Positions 25,180-37,775 of a stretch of DNA of 64,000 nucleotides are shown piece after piece. The notes below the pieces were generated by a model. It saw only the letters and a list, made by a program, of their open reading frames with translations. It searched no databases and had not been told where the DNA came from. Source of the stretch: Strigamia acuminata (taxonomy: Eukaryota); contig OX442314.1 in NCBI GenBank assembly GCA_949358305.1, forward strand, positions 2,294,001 through 2,358,000. Reading direction: 5' to 3'. Each line of letters opens with the position of its first letter. Within the stretch, counting starts at the first letter, position 1. A program made the translations under genes and the position numbers.

Positions 25180-26031
25180 AATGTCTGCACAGGCGGATTT
25201 CTATCAATTTCTATACAAATTGTTTTAATATTATTTTGTCGGTGCGAAAAGGATTAATTATTTACCAAACTTGTTTTCTAGTTTCGTGGATTCATTTTCT
25301 TTCATCAGGTTTACTCTTTGTTTCTTATTTGCGAGTCGCGTGGCAAACAAGCTTCTTTTGGACGAACATTGCAACTATAATCATTTATAAACTGTAAACA
25401 AGATGGATACAAAAGAACTGATTCCAGTACACTTGTGAATACTAATTTACGTTTTCAACCCAGGTTAGTTCTTAGATTAACCAGAAACTTGCATTCTTAA
25501 TACTACTGGAATACGAAAAAAAGATGTTTTGAATGATTAAAATCACCTGTGCTTTTGTCAGTTTTGGCACGACGGGAAAACCTGATGTTATCGACGTGAT
25601 GGTCGGCGGTTCAACTTTTAATTTATTCACGTCTCGCTCCTAAAAAAAACATATTTTTCGTTGAATTTGAATTTACTCAACACTTTAAAGTGAAAAATCT
25701 TACGACAATATATATCAGCCAAAATTGAAAATCTCTTGTCGTCGCCTAATAAACGTAATAAACATAAAAACTATTTTAAAAAACACGATCAAACCGATGA
25801 AATGTTCAAAACAAACCGATTTCATCGTCATTTTCGTTGATTGTGGACAAAGTTGCTTTCGTTTCTTTGATTTTCTTCTTAGGTTACTCGCCAACGTAGC
25901 CGCTCGACTAGACAGAAATTTCTCTTGTTCTGCCAATAAATCTTCATCTGTTTCTTCAACACTCGGTCGCTTCACGCTTATTTCTTCCGTATTTCTTCCG
26001 AGTCGCACATGCCTGTCCCTTTGGCCGCCAT
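25180..26031 (-). pseudogene. RPAP1: RPAP1-like 5' gene fragment, copy 1 (frameshifted)
   Basis: Exons give KRPSVEETDEDLLAEQEKFL, SILADI|ERDV...SGFPVVPK and KRSLFATRLANKK. An ~11-bp duplication at ~25980-26000 breaks the frame. Truncated. Confidence 0.7.
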
Positions 26032-26615
26032 TACTCATCTACAATACTCGCCGCGAGATGTCTCCACACAATCAGAAGTTGAAACCGAGCGGATTGCACG
26101 CTGGGAAATTTTGGTGGCAGCGCCATCGTACGATAAAATGCACACTCAACTTTCAATAACAAACAAACACGCCACTGTTAAAAATAGTAGAAAAATAATA
26201 TCGTTTAAGAAATGAGAAATTCTGCATATCAATCCAATCAATGTTTTTATGGTGACATAAAAATGCGGTTAGCGTCATTTCAATAAACATTTCTGCACTT
26301 TCCTGCACGACTTTGCACGACTTTACATCAACGAATTGCAGGATATTTCGTTCTGGTTTTCGTTTTTCGCGTCGTTTTGCGCGTACAGCAGAGTCAAAAT
26401 CTTCGTGGTCTGTTTCGTTTCTCTCATCTCGAGGAATTCCAATAAAGATTTCGCTCCGATTAAATTATTTTCGCACAAAAACATCGCCATCATGTACCCG
26501 CCGAATCCCACTTCGATGACCCCTCCATCGCCAACCTATACGAAGTAGGACGCGACCACACACAAAAAAATGTATACACAAAACCTGTATCCTCTCTGTG
26601 CAGGTTTTGTTTATA

Positions 26616-27382
26616 CAGGGTGGTGCAGAAAGTCTGATTCACAGTAAATAATTCCCAAACTATTCTAGGTGTTGATTCAGCAAAATGATTGTTAAGGTAG
26701 TATGTCGGGGGAAATCCAATTACGACATCCAATTTGACTTCTGAGGTCATCTTCAAGGTCATTCATATTGTAACTCGAGAACCGTGACAGTTAGAGCAAA
26801 AAAGTAAATTAGAAAGTTGTAGAGCATCATCCAATTAGTCTAGAACTGTTCTTAAAAAAATTATTTCTTAGGGAAAAGTTTTGAGAAAAAAGATCTGAAA
26901 CATTGGCCTACTCAGCATTATAACTCAGCTTTGTAACCTAAAACTATTGAGGCAACCAAGCTAATCCTCAATTAGGACACTTTATTAGGTCATACTTTGT
27001 AAGTGGAAGAGAGGAAATACAAAAGAAAAGAAATAATTTATTTTGGAAATACATTCCACATGATAGTTTTAGGTTACAAAGCTGAGTAGACTAACATTTC
27101 AAACCTTTTTTTCTCAAAACTTTTCCCTAAGAAATAATTTTTTTAAGAACAGTTCTAGACTAATTGGATAATGCTCTACAACTTTCTAATTCACTTTTTT
27201 GCTCTAACTCTCACGGTTTTCAAGTTACAATATGGATGACCTTGAAGATGACCTCAGAGGTAAAATTGGATGTCATAATTGGATTTCCCCTGACATACTA
27301 CCTTAACAATCATTTTGCTGAATCAACATCTAAAACGGTTTGGAAATTATTTAGTGTGAACCAGACTTTCTGCACCACCCTG
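26616..27382. mobile_element. Tc1/mariner-type foldback MITE with ~330-bp TIRs
   Basis: CAGGGTGGTGCAGAAAGTCTG... / ...CAGACTTTCTGCACCACCCTG, TA on both sides, long inverted arms. Confidence 0.92.
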
Positions 27383-27458
27383 TATATATACCGTACTATA
27401 TATTGCTCAATAGCTCCTGGCATTTGGGTCAAGTACATGGAAGATGCAATCATATTTC

Positions 27459-27818
27459 TTTGCAAAATATTATTGATGTTTACTGTCCAGAAGAAACATG
27501 AACATAGTTATTACAGAGCAACCTCATTATTTCATCTAGCATATGTTTTTGCAAAATATTATTGCTGTTTACTGTCTAGAAGAAACATGAACATAGTTAT
27601 TACAGAGCAACCTCATTATTTGATCTAGCAAATGTCTTTGCAAAATATTATTGCTGTTTACTGTCCAGAAGAAACATGAACATAGTTATTACAAAGCAAC
27701 CTCATCATTTGATCTAGCAAATGTCTTTGTAAAATATTATTGATGTTTACTGTCCAGAAGAAACATGAACATAGTTATTACAGAGCAACCTCATTATTCC
27801 ATCTAGCAAATGTCTTTC
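27459..27818. repeat. 89-bp tandem repeat x4
   Basis: Units start G(C/T)AAAATATTATTG at 27462, 27551, 27640 and 27729. Confidence 0.93.
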
Positions 27819-29206
27819 AAAAAATTTTAATGGTTGGTTTTCTGACATTCAACTGGTGATTACTGATTAGTTATAATCAAGTCTTAGTGATAAATTATTT
27901 AAGTTGTCATTAATTTTAAATTATTCTTCCAACAGACACAACATCAATATACTGCATTACAGTGGCAATTCCATTAATCGCGACCAGTCGCCTATCTCTC
28001 ACTCTGCCGAACCGAGTCTTAATTTTCGATAATTTAAGCGATTTGATTGGAATTTTCAACGAAATATGTACTGGAAAATCTGCTACGAAAGCTAGAAAAA
28101 ACAAATTTGAATCTGGAACCAAAAAAATTCGACTTATCCTCAATTTCGCGCCGATGCCAACCAATTAGCGCCGACTTGCCAAGACCATCCAAAACGTGCC
28201 GCTAACGATCAAGACGACGTAAATTCATCCTGTCTGATGACGAGGACCCTCCTACGGACCCTGACGATAATATTGCTACCCAAATAACGGAAGGTAACGC
28301 TCCGGCACCGTAAATACCATCGCCTCCGCCACCACCCCCACGACCAGCGACCTAGACCAGATATGCACGTCCTTGCACCAACTCCATAGTCTCGTGTCTG
28401 GCATGAACGCGAAATTATCGTGCCACGACGATCTCATTGCTTCGTTGCGCCAACCGCCTCCCACACTCCTGATCCCGGCCTTGCCTACACATGTTTCATG
28501 TTTCATGTTGATTTGTATCTCTTGAAACCGTGCATTGTTCTGCTGTAAATTCCGATGCTGACTGCAAAATTTTTGAAAATGTTCTCATCCTAACAGCTGA
28601 AGATCAGTTGTTTGCCTGAACCTATAGTAATAGATTTTGCTACAATAACTCACATACATCTAAAGAGCCATGTGAATATGATGTAATGGTATTAGTATCA
28701 CATAATCTGATCGTGGGATCATCTTATAATGAATCTGTAGGCATGTCACTAAGTATTAAAAATAATTATTCCAAATTTTTTAAACATGATTTTGGTTATT
28801 TCAAACTATTTGAACACTAGTGTTGTATTCAAAAGCAGATTACTAGAAAACTATGCATCCTACAGGGGTATTGTTTTGCTCAATCTAGAGCTAAATTATG
28901 TCTCTTTTAAGAATGTTTTTATTTATTTTAGTGAGAGCTTTCCAGCAATGCCAAAATGCCTTCTAACAATGATGTGCTCATGAAAATTTGGATTATTCCA
29001 TACTTTCTGAACTGACTGAAGTAGGCCATTTGAGTGTTTGTTGGTCTGGTTGACTTGAAACTGATCACACTTATTTAAATAAAGAAAATGTTACTACAAA
29101 TGAAAGGAATTATATAATATGTCAGCTGACAATGAATTAAAGTAATAAGTGAAATATTAATCTCAACATTTTCGTACCACATCGATAACTGCACTTAAAA
29201 GGAACA

Positions 29207-32200
29207 ATGGAGAGAGAGGATTCAAATCGACCAGTAGGCCGAATCCAACAAATGAGAAGACGAAAACTGCTTCAACTTGTTCGCACTACTATGTCGAAGC
29301 AACAGAGTACTCTGGCATTCATCAAATGTTTGACAAATATCTCGGAGAAGAAACGAAATATCAAGATTTTACTTTGTGTGTTACTAATTATCAATTTGGC
29401 AGCTTGTGTTTATCAAACAGTAGATCGGGTATTGTATTTCATGGACGAACCCACAGCAGTTGATGCACACATGATTGAAACAACGCATGGTTCCTTTCCC
29501 TATTTGTATATATATCCAGCTACTAACCAAGAATTTAACAATTTCATTTACAACAAGACAAAAAAATCTGAATACAAAGATCAATGTGGATATGGTCGAA
29601 TGGACCCACCACATTCAGGCTTTAATGTCAGTGATATTCTACAATATTCTACTTCACTTAGTTACATAACTGATGCCTACTTCAAAACAGTAAATCTTTT
29701 TCATTTTTTCTCCATACCAAACGAGAAAAGTTTAATCGAATTTGGAAAATAATATATTTGCAGCCTAAAATGCGCATTAACCTTACAATTGCAAATTATG
29801 AGACTGTGGATTTGATCACTACACAAGTTTCCAGTCGTAAGTCAACAATAATTCCTGTATTCTTTATTTTTACAAGTTCCTTTTTCCCTTAGCAATTTCG
29901 TTTCCATATGGGAATGCTGCTCATAAGATGGTCATAAATCTTAATTTTCCCAAGCAATGTGAATATCTTCAGGTGAGCATTTAATTTCATCGACAATTTA
30001 TTTTGCATTTCTCACAGCCACAAAGTTAGACACCACATTTTTACAAAATGAGCTGTCAAAATTGTGAAATATTTCGTAATAAAGTTTAATAATCATTCTT
30101 GAAACCATTACATTCGATTTCAAGGTGTTAATAGATCCATCAGCAGTCGTTTATCATTTATATGCGGAAGAGAAAAATACCTTAGAAATGAAAGATGGCA
30201 AAAATACAGTTGGAATTAGGGTGCAAGAAGTAAGGATTAAATTAATAATTAATTCAAACAGAAAAGTGAATTATTTTCTAGCCATTAATCAGAAGCATTT
30301 CTTCAATCTATCAGTTTTATTTAAGCACAACTGCTAATTATTTCGGGGGTAAATTAAACGCCCCCCAAAAAGACTTGGATTCCCCCCAAATAAAACTGAT
30401 TGGCCCCCCTCTTTTTCAACCCCCCAAGAAAAACTTACCGTATTTGCCCCCCTTTATTTAGGAACTTCCCCCCAAATTTTTATTTTGCCAAATGGCTTAT
30501 GAACGTCTCAAAAACGTGACGTGCATGCTTATCTGAGTATATAAGCCACCATATTATCATTGTTTTGTATTCTTGTTCGACAATGACATCCCAAGTTGTT
30601 GTTTTCGCAAACTCAGACTCGGAATCGGATTCCGATGCACCCCGAAAGGCGCAGGAAGTTGGGATTGAAATGGGCGAAAATTAAACAATTTAATAATCTC
30701 GATGAGGCATCTACGGTTCTTAAAGGAGAGCAAATGTGGGAAAGGCGCCGAAACTCGACTACACAGGAGAAAAAATCTTTTAGGACTGTCGGTTTTCGCG
30801 GGAATGTGATGCGAAGAGATACCTTTTTCTGAAAGCCGGTAATGATTCAGTCGAATTATACAACACAACAGACACCCGTACTCACGAAGAACGACTACAG
30901 CGAGGCATTTAGGCCGTCTAAGGGAAAAAAAGCACTGATGGCCCAATAATTTATTCTTGTTTTGGGGGTTAAATGATTTTTTTCTGTTTTTTTTTTTCGG
31001 GGGGGAAATCAGCTTTTTCGGGGGGCAAAAGAAGTTTTTTTGGGGAGAGGAGCAGGTTTTTCGGTTTAGTTTTATTTGGGGGGAAACCTAGTTTTATTCG
31101 GGAGGAAAAGGGGATATTTCTGGGGGGCCATTAAATCATATCCAATTATTTCTTATTGAGTAATGAGGGCTGTCAGTAATTTACGTAATGCTGTGTTTTG
31201 GTTGACTAGAATTAACAGCAACTCTTAACATCAAATCTCTGTAACAAATTCCCTCCCTTCTTAGAAAATAAGATAAGGGTCCCATTTATTGGTCCACTAA
31301 ATTTCCTTGGATTTCCACTGAAAAAAAACTAATTCTCCCACTTACTGAAATTTCCACTAACGCTCCTTTTTTGTTCCACCAAATTTTTACACTAAAAAAA
31401 AACTAAATCTTCCACTAAAATCAAATTAGGGAAGAAAAAACTAATATTACCACTACTACTTCTATGTTTTTTTTTTTGTGCTGCAGCTGTGCGAATGTTT
31501 GACTAACGTCGGCGGCGGCCACATATCGCCGGGCGAAGGCTGGTTCGTCCGGGGCGCATTCGTCGCGTGTCTCCCCGTTCGTCGACTCCCGCCGGTCCTA
31601 GTCACGTGTCGGGACCCAGTCCCAACAAGACCTCGGGGCCCCTCGCCGGCCGCAACATCTTCATGGACAACTATGGCCACGCGAATGTCCACGACAACAC
31701 ACCACCCTCGTTTGTTGACTCCTGCCGCTTTATAGTGGGGAAAGTCAGTAGTGGGAAATTTAGTTTTTTTAGTGTATAAATTTAGTGGAATCAAAAAGGA
31801 GCGTTAGTGGAAATTTCAGTAAGTGGGAGAATTATTTTTTTTTAGTGGAAATCCAAGGAATTTTAGTGGACCATAATAAACAGAACCGCCCTAAGACGCT
31901 ACGTAATTTAGAGAAGGCCCTATAATAATACAAGAATTTGAAACTTGTATTTTAGTATCACTATTTCAACACTAAGAAAAATCCATGTAATAATAATTTA
32001 CATGATTGCATACGGCCATGTCTCGTCAAACAAATGAAATGCAAGTAAGTCTTTTAATTCGACTCAATAACAGAAATCAATAAAAAAATATTTATTTCCG
32101 TGCGTAAATCACACATCAACACATTTCAAAAATATTTTTTATCTGACTGTTAACAACTTAACTTTAATAAAAGTTGTCACATTAGATATCCATTTTATGA

Positions 32201-35200
32201 AGCGAAAAATCTACCGGAATGCAATGACAAAGACACTTTGATTCAGTGCAAACAAATAGAAGGATTTATCAGAAATAAGGATACAGCATCACAGTGTGGA
32301 TGTGGTAATGTATGTGATGAGATAAGGTTCAGCCAAACATTCGACAGAACACCTGATGATGGAAATAAAATAGAAATTTATGTTGTCAATACTTTCGTTC
32401 GAACATTAGTCGAACGCTTTTCTTATGACATCATCAATTTGCTATGCGACATTGGAGGAAACATCGGCCTCTATTTCGGCATGTCTTGCTTGACACTGGT
32501 CGAAATATTCATTCACTTATGCAAAATATGCATCGCCAAACCAGCAACAGCAAATTCCAAGTTGACAGATAAAATTGAAATGACACTTGAAAAAATACAG
32601 AATAGCCGAAAAACAACTTTCGTTAAAAAAGTGATCAAAATCACAACATCACTATTCTTTGGTTTGATATCAGTCTACTACATTTACCATTTGATTGATT
32701 CTTATTTTCAATTTCCACTCTTGAAAACTGTTAAACTCATTAGAGATAAAAAAATTCATCTTTCACTCATTATTGCATGTACAGATAGTACAATCATATC
32801 AGCTGCTAAAAAGGACTTAGCCCAAAAACTGAACACAACTGATTGTGATCATTTACAACTGTTGGATTTACTCCATCCACTATCTGAATTCGCAAATCAA
32901 ACACTGCAATTATGGAATGTCTCGTCTCGTCTTGATTTATACGACAAAGATCGGAGAAATGCACTCAAGGTAAAAAAAAAATCAGAATATTAAATTATCA
33001 ATTCAAAAGTGTAAAAATTTAACAAACTTGTAGATTGGGGCAACAGCAGAGGAAATTGCATTTTATTTTGCCAACATATCATTAAAACCAACAGTGTATG
33101 GAATGTGTACTGCATTTAATAAAGGTAAAAAAAAAAGTCTCTTTTAATTCTCACTAAAATATTTGTACACAGGTGACCGGCCGTTTGTTCGAAAGGGAAC
33201 CTTTATATTGATTGTCGATCAGCCCAGTTTCCACTGTCCTCTTAAACGAGAAGTCAGATAGAAGTTCATCCTTCGCACTGTTAATTGCAGCAGTTACTAA
33301 TTTGACTTTATGTATTCCAGCACTTCATTTTGCCAACAAATCAATTTTTTCATCCGAAATATCGTTTTGATGTATCCAGCAAATTAAGTGCTTTTGTCAA
33401 CTTCGCCCCTCAAACGGTGAATCCAAAAAATGATTAATCCACTATACTCTTGCTCACTATAAGGTTGCCCTTTCTCCCATTGGCCGAGCCTCACTACTTC
33501 TAACTGTGCAGTATTTTTTTTTTCATTTTTGTTATTATTATAATGATTAAAATGCTATAATTTTAATTTTATTTTATAGTAAAATGTTTTTATTTCAACA
33601 AACATGTTTGTTTTAGTTTATTGGTTGCTATGTCTGGAAAGTTCACAATGTCTGTACATGGACTGCAGTTCTGGTGTTTTGGTCTATTTTTTTGTATCAC
33701 TGCACGAGTGAAATGGCCCGGCCAATGGGAGAAAGGCCAACCTTATAGTGAGCCAGTAGTATAGCATTGGAAATAGAGTGATTAGACTTCAAAAATGGCA
33801 CCCAATTTAATCTGCATCAGTTGTCATTTAAATCTCTTGATTAAAAAAATATTTAAAAAAAAAATGTTTAACGAGTGCTTTTGAATGCGCCAACCGTAAT
33901 TTGACGCATTTATCAAATTTGAGAAATTGTCGCCACTTATGAGAAATGATCGACGGTTTTGAGAAAATCAAATTTCTCTTTGATTTGGGGCCCCAATTTG
34001 TTCAATTTGTTCAAATTTCCACTAAGTTGATTAATCTTTCCAGCTTATTCGATTAAATACCCCGAGAAGTCCTTGCAGACCAAATGATGAAGTTTTAAGA
34101 TGTGAAGAAGACTGCTTCGAAAAGAAACTTAAGCAACAATCTTTCAATTGCAGGTAACTTGTAATTAATCCACTAATTACCTTGCATCCCATATTGCAAT
34201 TTACAAATCATACACAGATTGTTTGAGTAGGGGGTTTCATTAAATGAGTGATTATTTGATTACTTTGATTATTGCAATAATCATAATCACTCAATTATTG
34301 AGGGCCAAACAAAAAATCTGATTATGTGATTATTGGTATGTGTGATTATGTGAAGGTCACATGACTTTCTGTGTTGGTCACATGACTTTCTGTGTCATGG
34401 CTGCCACCTAAACAAAAACAAAAATGCCCAAGGTCAGTAGGAAAAAGCAGTTTTTGAAGATGTTTGAGGTTTGGTGGATATTATATTATCATATATATTA
34501 GCACTTGGTTATGGGCAATGAGCTGCTCATCGTTTTCAAAATTATCTGCTGTGCTAACGGTAAATGTAAACACGGCAACCCGAAAACGTGCATGGGCAAC
34601 CTGAAAAGGTGATGCGACCAACCGTAACATGTAGATTGTTCCGATGGGTGGAATTGTTTAAATTTTAACCTAAATACGTAGCAATTGTTTAAAAAAAGTT
34701 GCTACAAGTAACAATTGCAACTCCCTAACTTGTTTAATGTGTTCAGTTTAACCTAAACTGAGCACACTTTGTTAAATTATGACCTTGTGTAGCTGAAGCG
34801 GGTGTGGCGCCGCCATGTTGGTTTGAGTTGAGAGAGCACTTATAATCGGCCCAAGTCAGCAGAAAATCATGGTTTGGGATGATTACTTGATTACTTGCTT
34901 ATTTGATGAAATGATTATTCTCAGGATTGGTTGAATCCAGTCACATGACACATCAAATAATCAACTAATCAAAGTAATCAAAGTAATCAAATAATCACTC
35001 ATTTAATGAAACCCCCTAGTATATACAGGGTGTATCAGAATTCATGTTACACAGAAATAAGGGGTATAGAGGGGGACCAGGAGATCACATTTCCACTAAT
35101 CAAAAATTCCAAAAAAAATTTCCCACTTTGTTACAACCCCAATAACAATGGAAGATTTCAAATATCGCGTCATGCATATCGCATAAACTTGTGCATAAAC

Positions 35201-35854
35201 AACAAAAACAGCAAAAATGTTGTACTGTATACAAGTATAGCACCATTTATTAAAGTTTCTGAAGAATTTTTAAACTAAAAAAATATTATTTATGTTTAAA
35301 GCTTTCAAATCATTGAAAAAAATGATCATAACATAAGCATAACACAAACAATTCATTGTCATTTTTAACAATAAATTTAATTTGCCACATTTGATCTACC
35401 TTGCTACGCTCGTACACCCAAATAGTTCAAATGTATGCCTAATTTGTAATAACTGGAAAAAATCATGTGCCCTTGCACACCGTATATTTCCATTGAATAT
35501 TGTTGTATTACTAGACTTCCATCCATGGATAAGAGTAAATTCCCCCTTTGCCTATCTCAAAAGACGGCTAAAACAACTTACGAGACATATTTGAAAACTC
35601 TGATGACGACATACCCCAGGGAAGATTGTTCCTGCAAAGCATCTTGTCAAGAAACCATCTTCAATCCTTCAATCACCAGCAGCATAGAGGACTGGAAAGT
35701 CTTCTCAAAATCTATTTGGTATAGCTTTGAAAATAACATCAGAGAAATACTTGAAGAACAGCAAGAGATTACCATTATAAAGTTATTTTGTCAGATTGGA
35801 TCTATTATTGGTATTCTCACTGGTTTCTCCTTATTTTCTCTTCTTCAATTTTGA
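29207..35854 (+). CDS. DEG/ENaC (pickpocket/ASIC-like) channel with two tandem subunit repeats, ~11 exons
   Basis: Exons approx. 29207-29689, 29764-29836, 29893-29972, 30125-30229, 31956-32044, 32186-32969, 33034-33124, 33173-33252, 33321-33416, 34044-34153, 35515-35854. TM1 plus YFMDEPT, Cys-rich thumb, LLCDIGGNIGLYFGMS; second copy YGMCTAFN, CSCKASC, LFCQIGSIIGILTGFS. AATAAA at 35882. The exon 8/9 phase is unresolved. Confidence 0.85.
30345..31143 (+). mobile_element. Non-autonomous MULE (Mutator-like) in a DEG/ENaC intron
   Basis: 9-bp TSD AATTATTTC (30336-30344, 31144-31152), degenerate C-rich/G-rich TIRs, and an internal transposase N-terminal remnant (KWAKIKQFNNLDEA...W...C-x4-C). Confidence 0.8.
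31165..31920. mobile_element. Degenerate Harbinger-like MITE containing a nested long-TIR element (~31278-31887)
   Basis: Ends resemble the TIR at 2833 (GGGCTGTCAGTAATTTACGTAA / TACGTAATTTAGAGAAGGCCC). The inner element has ~150-bp IRs (GGTCCACTAAATTTCCTTGGATTTCCACT..) around a GC-rich core. Confidence 0.7.
33442..33764. mobile_element. MITE of unassigned superfamily (intronic)
   Basis: ~45-bp imperfect TIR CTATACT..GCTCACTATAAGGTTG..TTTCTCCCATTGGCCG; CA on both flanks. Confidence 0.75.
34229..35017. mobile_element. MITE with ANT TSD (PHIS/Pangu-like)
   Basis: TIR AGGGGGTTTCATTAAATGAGTGATTATTTGATTACTTTGATTA; AGT on both flanks. Confidence 0.8.
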
Positions 35855-37068
35855 TTGTCCTTAATTCCACGGGTTTAAAATAATAAAGCACTGCTTAGCT
35901 TATAACTGGATGCATTGAATTTGTACTCTAAATGCACTAATGGAATGAAACATGTCCTTTACAACGCAGGTCTAAATCGAACTAAATTGAACAAAACGAC
36001 TAAAGTAAATGTTTAAATTGATCAAAAACACTAAAAAATTGTTGTGTAAATTAGATTCTGACAACAAAACGCCCGCGTTCTATTTAAAGCATTTAGAGTT
36101 AGTGCTTAAGCTACTTGTGCAGTGTTTTGCAGTGAAGTTTTGCCCCCTTTATTGCAATATTGCAGACCCTCTTTTATTATCCTCCATCTTACTGGGCGTG
36201 ACCCCCTGAAAATTACGGAAACCGATCAGGGTGCTCACATTGTTTCTCCCTATGCACTTTCACCAAACAAAGCATTGCAGTTTAAGACGTTGATAGTGTC
36301 AGCATCTTTCAGCTGCTGCTACACACCTCAACGTCCACAGAATACAACAAATTCTTTTCTTTCTTGCAAAACAGTCACTTTTTAATAATTACACTTTTCA
36401 CACAAGGCAGAGCTGCTAAATAGCTGTGAAGCAGCAAAGCGAGCGTTTAAAAAGTGGCATAATCTGGAACAATAATTTAAGTCACCTACTGTATTTTCTC
36501 AAAGAGTCTCTTCAAATAAATTTGTAATTATCCGTAGCAGGATGAGTGATTGTCTAGACAATTAGGTCAACATGAATCTTCTTTCATGATAAGATGAGAG
36601 CTGACTTAATCGCAACAATCAATCGAGTGCAGGCTGTGTTTTATGCGAGAATTTACCAATTCAAAGTCAATCATACCATCATATCATATGGAATTAAATT
36701 TGAATGCAACATTTTTGAAACACTCATAACAGATGGCAGCACCAGCAACATAAAACCAATCAGTTTCATATGGGGATTGTTACATGCTTTGGGATTGGTC
36801 ATTGGAGAGCTAAACGGTGACTGCATTGCAATCTCGACATTGGTTGTTAGTTTATGACATAGATAGTGGTAAATTCTCAGATGTATTGTTCAACGTAGAA
36901 ATATTTTTATATCTTGTAAGCACAATTAAAATCTCACACCACTTGTAACTTCATTCCCAACTTATTACGTATTTCATATTAATTTATTAAGATAACAGTT
37001 AGTTACCGTGTACAATTTAAATTTCGAATAATTAATGCAACGTTGTGGACAGAAGGCGCACGCATAGT

Positions 37069-37175
37069 CAGGGGCGGATCTAGCTTTTCGGGGGCCCGGG
37101 GCTTGAGGTTTTTTCGGGGCCCCTTTCTCAAAATTTTTAATAGCGACCTTTCTTCTTTTTTCTTTTTTTTAGCAA

Positions 37176-37236
<61 letters not shown>

Positions 37237-37321
37237 TACGTGGCCCAGAGTCTCGGGGCCCCCCTAGAATTTGGGGGCCCGGGGCTCCAGCCCCAATAGC
37301 CCGGTGCTAGATCCGCCTCTG
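37069..37321. mobile_element. hAT MITE
   Basis: TIR CAGGGGCGGATCTAGC / GCTAGATCCGCCTCTG; 8-bp TSD CGCATAGT (37061-37068, 37322-37329); internal poly-T. Confidence 0.93.
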
Positions 37322-37431
37322 CGCATAGTGGAATTTAAGCTTGTTTTTAGTATATTTTTAAACCAGTCTAAACGTATAATTTTGCACGTTAAATGTGCAG
37401 TGCAGTTAAATATTCTATTCTGTCACAGTTT

Positions 37432-37775
37432 GAAATATTCTGTCACATTTTTAAATATTCTGTCACTTTTAAATATTCTGTCACATTTTTAAATATTCTG
37501 TCATATTTTTAAATATTCTGTCACATTTTTAAATATTCTATCACATTTTTAAATATTCTGTCACATTTTTAAATATTCTGTCACATTTTTAAATATCCTG
37601 TCACATTTTTAAATATTCTGTCACATTTTAAAATATTCTCTCGCATTTTGAAATATTCTGTCACATTTTAAAATATTCTCTCGCATTTTGAAATAATCTT
37701 TCAGATTTAGAAATATTCTGTCACATTTTGAAATTTTCTGTCACATTTGGAAATATTCTGTCACATTTTGAAATA
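37432..37775. repeat. 20-bp minisatellite (AAATATTCTGTCACATTTTT)n; shorter copy at 42511-42636
   Basis: Direct inspection; both arrays end in GAAATAGAGTTTC. Confidence 0.93.

Noticed and set aside
27459..27818. Regular repeats as a CRISPR-like array (also 37432-37775, 19659-19910, 8840-8960)
   Set aside because: Head-to-tail units without unique spacers, no cas genes, eukaryotic context.
28234..28270. CTGATGA as a hammerhead ribozyme core
   Set aside because: No stem II followed by GAAA and no compatible stems I/III.
28150..28500. GC-rich Pro-rich segment resembling a retroelement ORF1/gag start
   Set aside because: Several stops and no diagnostic motif or termini; cannot assign.
31640..31680. 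GRNIFMDNY resembling a piggyBac catalytic motif
   Set aside because: Isolated 9-aa similarity; the flanks do not continue and there are no TTAA termini.
35026..35300. CAGGGTGTATCAGAA mariner-like left end
   Set aside because: No matching right TIR found, so boundaries are unsupported.
36540..36900. Possible decayed DEG/ENaC piece on the minus strand (also 28560-28740 on plus)
   Set aside because: Too many stops and no diagnostic motif to support it by eye.
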